Below the pieces are notes generated by a model. That model saw only the letters and a list, made by a program, of their open reading frames with translations, did not search any database and was not told the DNA's origin. A program made the translations under genes and the position numbers. From Macrostomum lignano (taxonomy: Eukaryota), in contig NIVC01001849.1 of the NCBI GenBank assembly GCA_002269645.1, positions 62,001 to 126,000 on the forward strand: DNA of 64,000 nucleotides, given 5' to 3'. This document shows, piece after piece, positions 1 to 14,869 of the stretch. The number at the start of each line of letters is the position of its first letter. The first letter of the stretch is position 1.

Positions 1-344
1 GAGCTACATTTGTTCAACTAATTCACTAGAACGAATTGGCGTCTGTAACAGATAGGTGCAGACTGAGTCCTACTCGAGAGTGCAATCAATCTAAGCGGTA
101 CAAAGAACTCACAGCCAGAAGCAGAACTGGACAATATTGAGCGATTTCTATGCAGCGATTATCGTAAAAATCACCACTTAACGGGCTAGAAGCACTCAGA
201 TTAGGCAGTAATACGTAATTCAGCGCTGAGGCAGTTACACTTCGTTTCTATTTGAAACGGAAAATTTTTCCTTCGCTGCCTACTCATCAACAGCTGTTCA
301 GTAGGCGGAAAAGCAAGTTGCTGCTAATAATAATCAACTATTTA

Positions 345-1059
345 TTATGCCTCCTGCCCCTCCCCAGCGGCGGAGGCTTCGCCGCCCTCCCTCAGCAGCG
401 AGTTGGCCTCGCGCAGCAGGGTGTCCGCCTTGCGCAGCATCCGCCTGCTCAGCTCCAGGCGAGCGTTCGGCCCGCCGCCGCTGCTTGCGCCACCCGATGA
501 TACTGATGCCGCCTCAGCGTCCGCCTCATCGGCGGCAGTTGTCGATATCAGGAAGGGCGCCGATTCCGAGGCCGACGCCGCGCCGACTCCGTTGGCAATG
601 GAGTTCGGCCTGCAGTTCCCTGCTTGCCGCTGCCGCTGCTGCTGCCGCTGCTGCAGCTGCTGCAACTGCTGCTGCTGCCGCAACAGCTGCGACGGGTGCG
701 GAGGCGGCGGCGGCGGACCGTGCGACTCGCGGCGGGACACGCCGCCGTTGGCCCCGACGGCCACTGTGTCGTAGAGGGCGCGGCAGCTGCCGGCTTCAGC
801 GGCGCTCGGCGCCATGGAGCCAGGCGGCAGAGTTCTGGAGCGAGTCAGTCGGGAGCCGCCGCGTGGGAGCTCCTCGTACTGACTGTCCCGGCCCGAGGCG
901 GCGGCTGCTGCTGCCGCGGTTTCGTCCTCGGTCACCTGGACGGTGCTGACGCAGAGGCACGCACCGAGACAGCCCGGCGGTTGCTGCTTTCGGCGTCGCA
1001 GCTCTGCAAGTAGTTGGCGGAGGCGAGGATGTGGGCGGAGAAGGGAGCGGATTTTGCGG
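345..1059 (-). CDS. Gene 1 terminal exon: cytoplasmic tail of Ig-like single-pass receptor (polyQ/Ala-rich, YEEL and YDTV motifs)
   Basis: Acceptor ttatctcAG at 1060-1061. Frame RKIRSLL...VTEDET... is open to TAA 347-345, which overlaps AATAAA. Extends supplied ORF 345..935. Confidence 0.7.
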
Positions 1060-1125
1060 CTGAGATAAGGGCGGTTGTAGGAGGATGCACTAATAGGTAG
1101 ATGTAGAAGTGGTAGATGTAGAAAT

Positions 1126-1603
1126 GGCGGATGTATGAAGGGGCGGATTTATGAAGGGTGGATGTATGAAGGGGCGGATGTATGAAGGGGCGGATGTATG
1201 AAGGGTGGATGTATGAAGGGGCGGATTTAAGAAGGGGCGGATTTATGAAGGGTGGATGTATGAAGGGGCGGATTTATGAAGGGGAGGATGTATGAAGGGG
1301 CGGATGTATGAAGGGGCGGATGTATGAAGGGCGGATTTATGAAGGGTGGATGTATGAAGGGGCGGATGTATGAAGGGGCGGATTTATGAAGGGTGGATGT
1401 ATGAAGGGGCGGATTTATGAAGGGGCGGATGTATGAAGGGGCGGATGTATGAAGGGGCGGATTTATGAAGGGTGGATGTATGAAGGGGCGGATTTATGAA
1501 GGGGCGGATGTATGAAGGGGCGGATGTATGAAGGGGCGGATGTATGAAGGGGCGGATTTATGAAGGGGCGGATTTATGAAGGGGCGGATTTATGAAGTGG
1601 CAG
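1126..1603. repeat. 16-bp minisatellite (GAAGGGGCGGATGTAT)n, intronic
   Basis: Directly visible tandem units with tgta/ttta variants. Confidence 0.9.
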
Positions 1604-2268
1604 ATTGAAATGGTTGATTCGAGTCACTGACAGGTGAAGTCGTGGATGAAGACTGAGGCAAGGTGGAACTTGATGAATGAACGGAGGGAGGAAGGAACGA
1701 ATGATGGGGCTGACGAATCCATTCAGCCTGACGGTCTGATCGATCCCAAACCAGACAGGATGAGAATGGGATGCGGGAAGGTGGATGAAGCGGGAATCTG
1801 CCAGACCCCTGACCCTAAGGAGGGATCCCGTGCCTTTTCTGACTCAGATCTCAGAAAGGCATTATTTATCACAATTCTCTTCTTACCTCAATCTCTTACA
1901 ATCTCTTACCTCAACCTCTCCCTCCTCCTCGCCTTTCATCTTTTCCGACTTACGACGCGGGTTCCTTGTGTGTGTTTGTGTGTGCGCTGGCCCCGTCCTC
2001 CCCATCCTATCTCAAATAACCCATCTAACTGTCAGAAATCTCATCTTTTATTCGCATTTCTTTTTTATTTTCTTTGACTTTCTACCGGCGCTACCCGGCA
2101 CTCTCTTCGTTTCACCATTAGCTAAGCTTAGCCCTGATTTCTGCTTTTCAGCCTGGGCAGTGCGTTGCAGCTAATGAAAGTCGCTTACTTATCCGAAAAT
2201 TGTTGCATGCAGGGATTGCGTATTATTGGAAAGATAAGCGAGCTAAGAGACCCCGAACAAAGACTTAC

Positions 2269-2284
2269 CTTCGATAGTTTGGAA
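2269..2284 (-). CDS. Gene 1 putative 16-nt microexon (V-PNYR-S)
   Basis: aatcAG|ttccaaactatcgaag|GTAAGT. Converts phase 1 (TM exon) to phase 2 (terminal exon). Confidence 0.45.
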
Positions 2285-2635
2285 CTGATTCTTGCATTTA
2301 TAAAATTGCAGGTTTTACAACTTCACAACCTGTCACAGTTCGGATAAGCTGGCTAACCGAAAAGGCATCGCAGAACAGGATCCAAGTGTGAAGAAGATGA
2401 AAAATCAACCCTAAGGCCTAAGCAACAACAGAGTTCCAAATATTAATTTGGGTTCAATCTGCATGAGGGTGTGTTTGCTTACGCATCCGTGTTCGGAATG
2501 GACAAGTCCCAGTTTCAAATAGACCTGACAGATAGTAGAATAACTTGTTTATGCACTCGCAATTAATTTATCAATAAGAAGAGCATTTAATGTGGCATTT
2601 AAAAATTCCTTAGGGTTTAATATTTTCTTAGGACT

Positions 2636-2840
2636 AATCTAGCTCAGCCAATGAGAGAGCAGTAAGGAGAGAGAGAGATCAAAGTCAGACGGACGAAACT
2701 CAGCCTAGGGGGGCAGGCCCAATCTAGCTCAGCCAATGAGAGAGAGATCAAAGTCAGACGGACGAAACTCAGCCTAGGGGGGCAGGCCCAATCTAGCTCA
2801 GCCAATGAGAGAGCAGTAAGGAGAGAGGTCAAAGTCAGAC
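2636..2840. repeat. 2.5 copies of a 69-85-bp unit (agctcagccaatgagagag...ggcccaatct)
   Basis: Unit starts at 2641, 2726 and 2795. Confidence 0.8.
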
Positions 2841-3871
2841 ACAAGCGGACTGGAGGCTGGAGCGCCACCCCTTTTCTGCTTGTTGTGCGCACGCGCTGGA
2901 TTCGGGTTTTTCTAAAGATGCTAATTTAATGGGTCTGCTTGTAGAAAGCCAAAGGCGATTGTTGCGGCTTTAAAATCTTGAAATGTTTTGTAAAATTAAG
3001 TTACATTCTACATTTTTAAAATTACATTTTAAAATATTTATTTTAAAAATGTATCAAGACAAAAAGCTCTAATTTTACTACTGAAAAACAGTAGGTGATA
3101 GAATTCTTTGCGAGCGACATAATTTTTAAAACCTGTCGACAAACGAATTAGTGATTCATTGAATACGATTTCAAAGCATTTCTCTCTTTTTCCTCAGTCT
3201 ATATTTGACTCCCCTCTTTTCAGCTCTGACAGGTAATGCCTCCTTTGACCCTATGCTATCTCGCCATCTCTTCAATTCTCTAGAGCTGAGGTGTAGTCAG
3301 TCGGTTTTACGCCCTCGGGGTGCGAATCCTGTTCTTGATGCCGATGCGAGGATGGTTGGCTAACCTACCCTAAGGGATAAAGCTGAAGGGTCTGCCTGCC
3401 TACCTGCATGCATTGCCCAGCCGCCCAGTTCCTCTTTCCGGGTACAGGACGCGGCCTTTCAAATGCCGCCCACAAGCGCAGGAATTCCAGCTGGCTGGCT
3501 ACCAAAGCCAGGGCCCAATGCGTATTACGCAACACATGCTGAGCCACGCAATCTCTATGCTCTGATCCAGCTATTCATAGCTAATCTATACATGAAATGC
3601 ACATATTTTACAACTGGCTTTAACGAAACGAATTGGAAGTGGCAGAGGAGAGACAGTGCTGGACCACCCGCATATCATATTTTCACTCCACTCCGTTGGA
3701 TTCTATGGATTTCTGTCAACTAGAAGACGAATACTAGACATTGAAAATTTGACATTCACCTGTCCAAGGATTCAATTCATGGGGTGACACAGCTAAGTTG
3801 ATTGACATCTAATGTCAGTTGTAGGGACCTAAAGACTAATCTCTATGGATCTATGGAGTAAACTTGGTCTG

Positions 3872-4430
3872 AATGCCGGATAGTGTGCTGGATAGAGTGC
3901 TGGATAGAGTGCTAGATAGAGTGCTGGATTGCTGTATAGAGTGTTCAATAGAGTGATGGATAGAGTGCTGGATTGCTGTATAGAGTGTTCAATAGAGTGC
4001 TGCATAGAGTGCTGCATAGAGTGCTGCATAGAGTGCTGGATAGAGTGCTGGATTGCTGTATAGAGTGTTCAATAGAGTGATGGATAGAGTGCTGGATTGC
4101 TGTATAGAGTGTTCAATAGAGTGATGGATAGAGTGCTGGATTGCTGTATAGAGTGTTCAATAGAGTGATGGATAGAGTGCTGGATTGCTGTATAGAGTGT
4201 TCAATAGAGTGATGGATAGAGTGCTGGATTGCTGTATAGAGTGTTCAATAGAGTGATGGATAGAGTGCTGGATTGCTGTATAGAGTGTTCAATAGAGTGC
4301 TGGATAGAGTGCTGGATAGAGTGCTGAATTGCTGGATGGAATGCTGGATAGAGTGCTGGATAGAGTGCTGAATTGCTGGATAGAGTGCTGGATAGAGTGC
4401 TGTATAGAGTGCTGGATAGAGTGCTGGGTG
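3872..4430. repeat. 12-bp minisatellite (GATAGAGTGCTG)n with a longer higher-order unit
   Basis: Visible tandem units. Source of the SIQH/ALYP repeat ORFs. Confidence 0.9.
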
Positions 4431-5460
4431 TAGGTTCGCATGGAACAGAGGATAGAACCCACGTGTCCCTAATTTGTACTTTAATTGAGGTCAATTCTTC
4501 AGCTAGAAGCACAGCGACCCGGTAGGAACAGGTTAATCCGCGATCAGAACAGGGCGATTAAAAACCCAGGAGGCGGCATGGCGCACAGGCCTATTAATGA
4601 AGCGATCTCATCCAAGCTAATTAGCTGTACCCGCTAGCTAACAACCTGCTGCAGTGCAGCTGCGGATAAAGTAAGTGCAGTTGCGCAGAAGCCAGCTCCG
4701 ACCTTCTACTCAAGCAGACTCGAATCTGTGACCCGAACCTGGGCCAATGAGCCAGCAATTCGAGCAGAGGGGGGGGGGTTAGCGGTGCAAAAAAGATCCC
4801 ATTAGGGATGTGGCATGGAGCAGACACACGCGCTTCTTGCATCTATTAATCGATTCCTGCCGCTCTTTTTTAGCCCCTCCCCCTACGAAAGATTAAAACG
4901 AAGATTAAAAGGCGATGGGTGTGGCTTTGACGGTCTACTCCATGAGCTCTGCTTGACTCACCGGTGTGTTATATCTGTAATACCCCTGCCCTGCGCTTTC
5001 ACAACTCTTAGTAACCAATGGGGATATTGGGAATATTTAGTTGCTAGGGCCTTGCCGTCAGCTGACTGTCCCCGATCTCGACCGCGTAGGCAGCGGGTGA
5101 ATGACAGTTCGGGGTCGGCTCTGTGTTCAATATTCTCGCGCTCTTTCAATTAAGCGAATTCGCCATTCGACTGTTCAAAGTTGGTCACGGCATCATTCAG
5201 TGGCTGGAGTGGGCGAGCCCGGGACCAGATTAGGTTGGCAGGGAGAAACTCGAACACAACTCGAATAATTGACAGGTCGGGTGGGGATGTGACAGACGGT
5301 GGAGAGGGCGGGTGCTTAATTATAACTACCTGGAACATTGGTTGCCAGCCGGAACATTTGGCACGGCGAGGCACAAAGAGAGAGTGAGATATGGCTTCAA
5401 CATCACATGTGAGGCTTCAATAGAAAGGGTCTGCTTTGATCAGGAAGGGTTGGGTGAAAT

Positions 5461-5616
<156 letters not shown>

Positions 5617-5639
5617 ACACACAGACAGTCAGCGCTCAC

Positions 5640-5750
5640 CAATGTAATGCCTGGCCAGGATGCAGCGCAGGCAAAACCCAATGTTGACAACCAGCGACAC
5701 GCCCAGCACGGCCAGAGCACCGATGACGTAATCCGGCTTCATGCGGGGCA
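5640..5750 (-). CDS. Gene 1 transmembrane exon (PRMKPDYVIGALAVLGVSLVVNIGFCLRCILARHYI)
   Basis: ccttccAG acceptor and G|GTGAGC donor. 111 nt, phase 1-1, hydrophobic helix, GC3-rich codons. Confidence 0.75.
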
Positions 5751-6627
5751 CTGGAAGGCGGGGTCGGGAGACGAGTTGCATTCGCCGAGCATAATCTTGC
5801 AAAGCAAATATTTGAGCAAGCAGAATTCGAGTCTTTTTTCCGTCAAAATCTCTCTCCCCTGGCGAAAATCCGCCGCACCACCATTAGCGAGGCACCCCGC
5901 TGAGATTGGTCCGAAAACCTGGCATCCGACTGAGGGGGGGGCTGGAAGAAGCAGAAGAAGCCACTGAACAGATTTTTGCTGCCACAAGAGACTGCCAGTC
6001 TGCAATTTAATTTTTCAAGGGGATTCTGAGCCTGCTTTGAGAGAAAGAGAGACCATGAGCGCGTGTCATTCTTTTCGCGAAATCTTGAGCTGGACTCAGA
6101 GCCCAGCACCTCTAGTGTTGTGTTTGAGCTTGTTTTCGTCAATTGAGCCGAGATAAAGAGTAGCAGAGTGAAATGCAGAATGTGGAGGTGCATAGAAACA
6201 GCTAAAATAATGGGTCGGCCGTATTGTTAAACATGAATGTGAGCAATTTCTATGTGAGCAAGGCAAACTTTAATTATGTCAGCTTTGAAAAATTACAGCT
6301 TACTGGCTAGCAATATTCTAGGCAACTGTTGTTAAGAAGTGGCTGGGGCAGTATCATGTCTCGCAGGTTAAAAAGATAAATAGCCGCCCCCCCCCCTAGT
6401 CTGGCTGCACCTCGCGCTTCTCTAGACTACCGATTAACCGTCTTGTGCAATTTTGCGGAAAAGCCATGGCAGACTGACAAATTTTCATTCGTAAACTTTG
6501 CCACTTCTTGCACAAGTGCTTCAGTTCTTGCCTGTCTTCTTTTATAGACTGCGTCACAATTTCTAACGCTCGGCACTTTAATCTGGCGCCATCGCGCTAT
6601 TTATACAGGCTGGAGCCGTCTTCTCTA

Positions 6628-7035
6628 GCGCCACTATCCCAAAGCGCCACTATCCCAAAGCGCCACTATCCCAAAGCGCCACTATCCCAAAGCGCCACTA
6701 TCCCAAAGCGCCACTATCCCAAAGCGCCACTATCCCAAAGCGCCACTATCCCAAAGCGCCACTATCCCAAAGCGCCATTATCCCAAAGCGCCACTATCCC
6801 AAAGCGCCACTATCCCAACCCAAAGCGCCACTATCCCAACCCAAAGCGCCACTATCCCAAAGCGCCATTATCCCAAAGCGCCACTATCCCAAAGCGCCAC
6901 TATCCCAAAGCGCCACTATCCCAAAGCGCCACTATCCCAAAGCGCCACTATCCCAAAGCCGCACTATCCCAGAGCGCCATTATCCCAGAGCGCCACTATC
7001 CCAAAGCGCCATTATCCCAGAGCGTCACTATCCCT
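6628..7035. repeat. 16-bp minisatellite (GCGCCACTATCCCAAA)n
   Basis: Direct. Explains ORF 6508..7242. Confidence 0.9.
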
Positions 7036-7652
7036 CACAGTCCCAGCAGCAAAGACCGCAGACTCACAGTTCCCATCGGTCTCCTTTGTCCCCGGCTTTC
7101 CCGTCTCGCTCTCATCTACTGGCCGATTTCGTTGCCAGTCGGTCTGTCCGAAACGCCCGGACACAGAACGGTTGGTGGCCGAATGCGGCGCCAGATCCGA
7201 ACGATCTTTAGAAGGCAAAACAAAGGTGAAAAGGGAATATGAGTCCCTATCTATCTATCTGAGTCACGATTTGATCACGTTGGGCCCAAAAAGCTGTAGT
7301 TATCTCATAAATTTTCCATTATTTGCCATCAGTAGAAACTCAGTGTCTGACTCAGCGCCTGTCTGCCTGTCTGCACAAAACTACAACTAAAGCAGTGCAG
7401 AGTACAGGATGCGAGCTGATGCCCTCAGACTTTTCTCAATAGCTTGCGCTCCTCCCATTCCTGCCCCGGAGTGCAACTTAACAATGGCTAGTGGCTTTTT
7501 TGCCAGTCATTATTGTATAGAAAAGTCTTTCAATAGAGGGCCGGGGTAGCTGGCCAAATTGCTTTATTCGCAAAGTTAGTAATTAATTATAGTCTCATAT
7601 ACCTAGTAGACAGCACTTCGCAATTCAAATTTTTTCTAAATCACTAGAATCT

Positions 7653-9540
7653 TTGTCTGTGGCGCTAAAATCTTTTCTGTGGCGTTAAAATCTTGCCTGT
7701 AGCGCTAAAATCTTGTCTGCATCGCTAAAATCTTGTCTGCATCGCTAAAATCTTGTCTGTGGCGCTAAAATCTTGTCTGCATCGCTAACATCTTGTCTGT
7801 GGCGCTAAAATCTTGTCTGCATCGCTAACATCTTGTCTGTGGCGCTAAAATCTTGTCTGCATCGCTAAAATCTTGTCTGTGGCGCTGGAATCTTGTCTGC
7901 ATCGCTAACATCTTGTCTGCATCGCTAAAATCTTGTCTGCATCGCTAAAATCTTGTCTGCATCGCTAAAATCTTGTCTGCATCGCTAAAATCTTGTCTGC
8001 ATCGCTAACATCTTGTCTGCATCGCTAAAATCTTGTCTGCATCGCTAAAATCTTGTCTGTGGCGCTAAAATCTTGTCTGCATCGCTAAAATCTTGTCTGC
8101 ATCGCTAACATCTTGTCTGTGGCGCTGGAATCTTGTCTGTGGCGCTAAAATCTTGTCTGCATCGCTAAAATCTTGTCTGCATCGCTAAAATCTTGTCTGC
8201 ATCGCTAACATCTTGTCTGCATCGCTAAAATCTTGTCTGCATCGCTAAAATCTTGTCTGTGGCGCTAAAATCTTGTCTGCATCGCTAACATCTTGTCTGC
8301 ATCGCTAAAATCTTGTCTGCATCGCTAACATCTTGTCTGTGGCGCTGGAATCTTGTCTGCATCGCTAACATCTTGTCTGCATCGCTAAAATCTTGTCTGC
8401 ATCGCTAACATCTTGTCTGCATCGCTAAAATCTTGTCTGCATCGCTAAAATCTTGTCTGCATCGCTAACATCTTGTCTGCATCGCTAAAATCTTGTCTGC
8501 ATCGCTAAAATCTTGTCTGTGGCGCTAAAATCTTGTCTGCATCGCTAAAATCTTGTCTGCATCGCTAAAATCTTGTCTGTGGCGCTAAAATCTTGTCTGC
8601 ATCGCTAAAATCTTGTCTGCATCGCTAAAATCTTGTCTGCATCGCTAAAATCTTGTCTGCATCGCTAAAATCTTGTCTGCATCGCTAAAATCTTGTCTGC
8701 ATCGCTAACATCTTGTCTGCATCGCTAAAATCTTGTCTGCATCGCTAAAATCTTGTCTGCATCGCTAAAATCTTGTCTGCATCGCTAAAATCTTGTCTGC
8801 ATCGCTAAAATCTTGTCTGCATCGCTAACATCTTGTCTGCATCGCTAAAATCTTGTCTGTGGCGCTAAAATCTTGTCTGCATCGCTAACATCTTGTCTGT
8901 GGCGCTAAAATCTTGTCTGCATCGCTAACATCTTGTCTGTGGCGCTAAAATCTTGTCTGCATCGCTAAAATCTTGTCTGCGGCGCTGGAATCTTGTCTGC
9001 ATCGCTAACATCTTGTCTGCATCGCTAAAATCTTGTCTGCATCGCTAAAATCTTGTCTGCATCGCTAAAATCTTGTCTGCATCGCTAAAATCTTGTCTGC
9101 ATCGCTAACATCTTGTCTGCATCGCTAAAATCTTGTCTGCATCGCTAAAATCTTGTCTGTGGCGCTAAAATCTTGTCTGCATCGCTAACATCTTGTCTGC
9201 ATCGCTAAAATCTTGTCTGCATCGCTAACATCTTGTCTGCATCGCTAAAATCTTGTCTGTGACGCTAAAATCTTGCCTGTAGCGCTAAAATCTTGTCTGC
9301 ATCGCTAACATCTTGTCTGTGGCGCTGGAATCTTGTCTGTGGCGCTAAAATCTTGTCTGCATCGCTAAAATCTTGTCTGCATCGCTAAAATCTTGTCTGC
9401 ATCGCTAACATCTTGTCTGTGGCGCTGGAATCTTGTCTGTGACGCTAAAATCTTGCCTGTAGCGCTAAAATCTTGTCTGCATCGCTAAAATCTTGTCTGT
9501 GGCGCTGGAATCTTGTCTGTGGCGCTAAAATCTTGTCTGC
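7653..9540. repeat. 20-bp satellite (GCTAAAATCTTGTCTGCATC)n, about 94 units with discrete variants
   Basis: Direct. Variants gcatc/gtggc and taaaa/taaca/tggaa. Confidence 0.95.
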
Positions 9541-10333
9541 AACCAATCCTCCGAGCAGAAATGTGCCGGGGCGCCTCACTATACGACTGACTTTGACTAT
9601 GACACTACAAGTGGATGCAAAACTACCCAAATTGATTTGCAAAAGCGTACAATATTGCATTATAATTATCATTATAATCGCTATATTAAAAAATTCCATA
9701 TCTAAAAAAGCGGTTTAGGCTGCGCTTCTTCTATCGGCCTCGTGTGTGGTCTCGAAATTGAAAAAAAATATACTGCTCAACCTGCTTTCTACAGGGCGTC
9801 CTTCCCTACTCTATGAGTATAACAGGGCTTCTCATCTAATTATGTGCAGTCAGGCTGAGCACTTGCCCATGAAGCTTATGGGTCTCATGGGGGTTAATTC
9901 TGAGGTGGGCAAGGTGAATTCTGGTTATCGCAGAGCACACACACAGTGCAGTGCACTGCAGCCGTCTCTGCTTTGCCATACTGTTTTCTCTCGCCAATAC
10001 ACTCTCGCCCAGAGCTCCATCAAGTTTTGTCTTTCTCTCTCTCTCATTTTCATTCTGAACTGACCCGCCACAAACCCCTCTTGCCCGTGCACTGCAGCGT
10101 GGGTGGTAGTGTGCTGGGTTTAAAATTGAAAACGGGAGGTTTCGGCACACTTTTTTTATAGTTAACTAATGGCGAAGCTTATTAATGAGGACGTCATATT
10201 CGATCTTCGATGAATAATTGTCTCGATTCTGGTGTGAATCCATTATATAAACTACTTCAAGACTTCCGTTCTTGCTAACTTCTTCCAGTTAAATTCTAAT
10301 AGGAAACTATTTAAATTGCAATATGTTTGTCGG

Positions 10334-10675
<342 letters not shown>

Positions 10676-10692
10676 TGGTTGGCAGCACCTAC

Positions 10693-11238
10693 CCGACTGT
10701 CCAGCTGAATCAGAAGTGCTCATCTCCGCTGCTGCATCGGCGCCTCCAACAGCGGAAGCCGCCGCCGCCGGTGCCGCCGTGTCGATCGCCGGCACAGTCG
10801 TCGCCGTCGTAGCCGCGGCGACAGTCCGGAACTGGCCGAAGGCGGCGGTGGCGCTGGCGGCGCCGCGGAACTTGCAGAACCAGGAGCCCGTCAGCTCGGC
10901 CTTCCTGGAGTCAATCAGCAGGCGGACAGTCTTGGCGTTGCCAGACGTGTTCAACAGCTTCTGGCAGCGGACGCTGTCGCTACTGAGCAATGGATGCAGC
11001 ACGCGGCAGGTGCCGTCGCCCAGCATGGTGCAAATTGGGCTGCAGTCGCCGAAACAGGTGACGCCACCATTGAGCAGGGGGCAGTGGAATTGGACCCGGT
11101 GATCGTCAGGGCTGCCTGGGATGCCGGTGACCTCGCAGCTCAGGCTGATCAGGTGGCCCGTCACGTTGACTCGCAGCTTGACGCCGATGCCGCCGCTGCC
11201 GGCACCGCTGTTTTCGATAAACGCCAGGACCTGCGACA
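10693..11238 (-). CDS. Gene 1 exon: Ig-like domain with Cys-rich insertion plus Ala/Thr-rich stalk
   Basis: gaccttcAG acceptor and G|GTAGGT donor. 546 nt, phase 1-1. ISLSCEVTG (B-strand Cys) and LTGSWFC (F-strand Cys). Upstream exons not resolved. Confidence 0.7.
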
Positions 11239-11282
11239 CTGAAGGTCAAATAGAGAACCTATGATGAGGTATGCTGGAGCGC

Positions 11283-11900
11283 CTCACAAACTGGTCACTT
11301 CACAAACTGGTCACTTCACAAACTGGTCCATTCACAAACTGGTTACTTCACAAACTGGTCACTTCACAAACTGGACACTTCACAAACTGCTCACTTCACA
11401 AACTGGTCACTTCACAAACTGCTCACTTCACAAACTGCTCAATTCACAAACTGGACACTTCACAAACTGGTCACTTCACAAACTGGACACTTCACAAACT
11501 GGACACTTCACAAACTGCTCACTTCACAAACTGCTCAAATCACAAACTGGACACTTCACAAACTGGTCACTTCACAAACTGGACACTTCACAAACTGCTC
11601 AATTCACAAACTGGACACTTCACAAACTGGTCACTTAACAAATAGGTCACTTTACAAACTGCTCAATTCACAAACTGGACACTTCACAAACTGGTCACTT
11701 CACAAACTGGTCACTTCACAAACTGGTCACTTCACAAACTGGTCACTTCACAAACTGCTCAATTCACAAACTGGACACTTCACAAACTGGTCACTTCACA
11801 AACTGCTCAATTCACAAACTGGACACTTCACAAACTGGTCACTTCACAAACTGGACACTTCACAAACTGGTCACTTCACAAACTGGACACTTCACAAACT
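11283..11900. repeat. 16-bp minisatellite (CACTTCACAAACTGGA/T)n, array A
   Basis: Direct. Confidence 0.9.
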
Positions 11901-12507
11901 GACGCAACTTTAATGAGTTTCATTTCACCTTGAAAATCACAAATCGGGCATGCAGTACCCTTCTTCGCTATAAAACATTTTAACTCATGTCGTGACCCCA
12001 TATAATCTCTACTTGACTTGATTCGTTTGTTGAAGAAAAAAAGCTAAAAATTGTTGAAACAATTCCAAGACTTTGAGCTCAGTTCCTAAGGACAAGAAAC
12101 TCCGTGTCATAACAGCCGTGAAAAGCCAAATTAATTTTTAGAGAACGGCAAGGATCGAGAACAATTCAGAAAGAAGCAGACGATGAGTCAGTCCGGGGGC
12201 CAAAGCCGTGAAATGCGCCCCTCAGCGGGGCTTCCGCCTTTGGGCTTCTCAAGTTCCGCTGATTTGCCCACTGGCGTCTCTGGAGGCATTGTTGTTACAT
12301 TGCTGCCATGCATAATGCAGTTCCAGCTGCGATAGAGCGACTGAGGGACCGCCTGGATACTAAACTGATTATTAAGACCCACTCTAGTCACGCGTCCTGC
12401 GTGCAAAACTGTAGCATTCTCTGTTTTGGGCCGCGGCACACTTCCTTGGAGTGGCGCGGCAGGGTCTGTAGGCGATGATCTAATTAGTAGGTAGGTAGGT
12501 ATGTAAG

Positions 12508-13610
<1,103 letters not shown>

Positions 13611-14387
13611 AATTCATTGATTAAAATCTATAAAAAAGAGGCATTTCAAAGAAACATTACTCGCACAATCAGTCTATGACTAAACCTCTGTTTCGCTTTC
13701 CATAAATCTCACTTAGTTTGTCTGGGGAAAGCGTGCCGTTTCGCCTAGAAAAAATTATTAGCAATAAACGGCAACTTTTTATGACCAAATTTGCCAGCTG
13801 AGTCAGTTTAGCGCAACGGCTTGATCAGCCCAAGCCGTGGCTTAGTGCCCTGCTGTAGTATTACTAGCTCTTATTATTATTGTTGTGCAGCCCTGTTTTC
13901 ACTGGATAGCATAGCTGGCCCACGGCAGACCCCAAAGCTTCAACTTAATGTTAGCTGTGCCAAACAGCTCATTGCATTCGGCCGATTTGAGTAAAAAAAC
14001 TCTCTCCTTTCTTTCTCCCTCTCCCTCCACTCCCCCTTTCTTCTCCCTCCTCTCTCCCTCACCCTCCTCTTTACTTATCCCTCCTCTCTACTCCCCCTCT
14101 CTCCCCACCCTCCTCTCTCATCTTCCCATCCTCTTCCTCTTACCATCGACTAACCTTCCCACCCCCTATAGCCCTATCATTTTTATCTCCCGGATCTTTT
14201 AAGTCTCTATCTCTCTACTTTTCCTCTCTCTCTATCCCAGTTTTAATCCCATAATATTATCTGGAACTCATTCGCCAATTAAATTAATTGATTTTCACTA
14301 TACTTGATCATCCAGACTGTTATAAGTATCATTAGCTCTTCTACAAGACATCTTAACTACTAAGAGTGAGTCTTATTGCAATAATTA

Positions 14388-14500
14388 CAGTGGCGCAACC
14401 AGGGGGGGGGGGGGGAGGCGGTCGCCACCCCTCCGCCCCCCTCCCGGGACTTTACCCTCCAGAATCCGCCCCCCTCAAAAAAATTCAGGTTGCGCTACAG
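14388..14500. mobile_element. 113-bp MITE (hAT-like CAGTGGCG terminus)
   Basis: Imperfect TIR CAGTGGCGCAACCAG / CAGGTTGCGCTACAG. Flanking direct repeat ATAATTA at 14381-14387 and 14501-14507. Confidence 0.6.
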
Positions 14501-14869
14501 ATAATTAACCCACTCTCGTTGCTAAATGATTGCATAACATAAAAAGCTTAAGTATTAACCCTTCTGAACATAAAATGCAGTGAAACATTCATCGGTTTCA
14601 TGCTAAAGCAAATAAATTGAAAATTACTTTTTTCTGTAAGGCGCGGCAAAGATCAAAGGATGAATAGAAAAACTGGTTTCTAGCAGCCATAGGCGGAGAA
14701 GATTCGCTACAGACTTTAAATGGCTTTAAATTGAAAGAGAGAAAAATCGCTACACAGATTTAATCGCCAAGTTATGCACGAGCACTTCAGCTAATCATAA
14801 AAACCCAACATTCACGGTCAGCCAGATCAGAGCTCGCAAAATATTTTAACTCAAGGCAGCCAGATGAGA

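Noticed and set aside
252-1013. Plus-strand and alternative-frame ORFs over GC-rich exons (also 10716..11242, 22341..22694, 41298..42126)
   Set aside because: Shadow ORFs expected from GC-rich coding sequence on the opposite strand.
3284-3335. tRNA-like motif gctgaggtgtagtcagtcgg...ggtgcgaatcc
   Set aside because: Box-like motifs only. No cloverleaf or definable SINE body.
4803-4815. TAGGGATGT as a hAT terminus
   Set aside because: No inverted partner or TSD found nearby.
12188-12480. Possible second Ig-like exon (FSIQAV...SWNC)
   Set aside because: Acceptor present, but no convincing phase-1 donor before the stop. Left unassigned.
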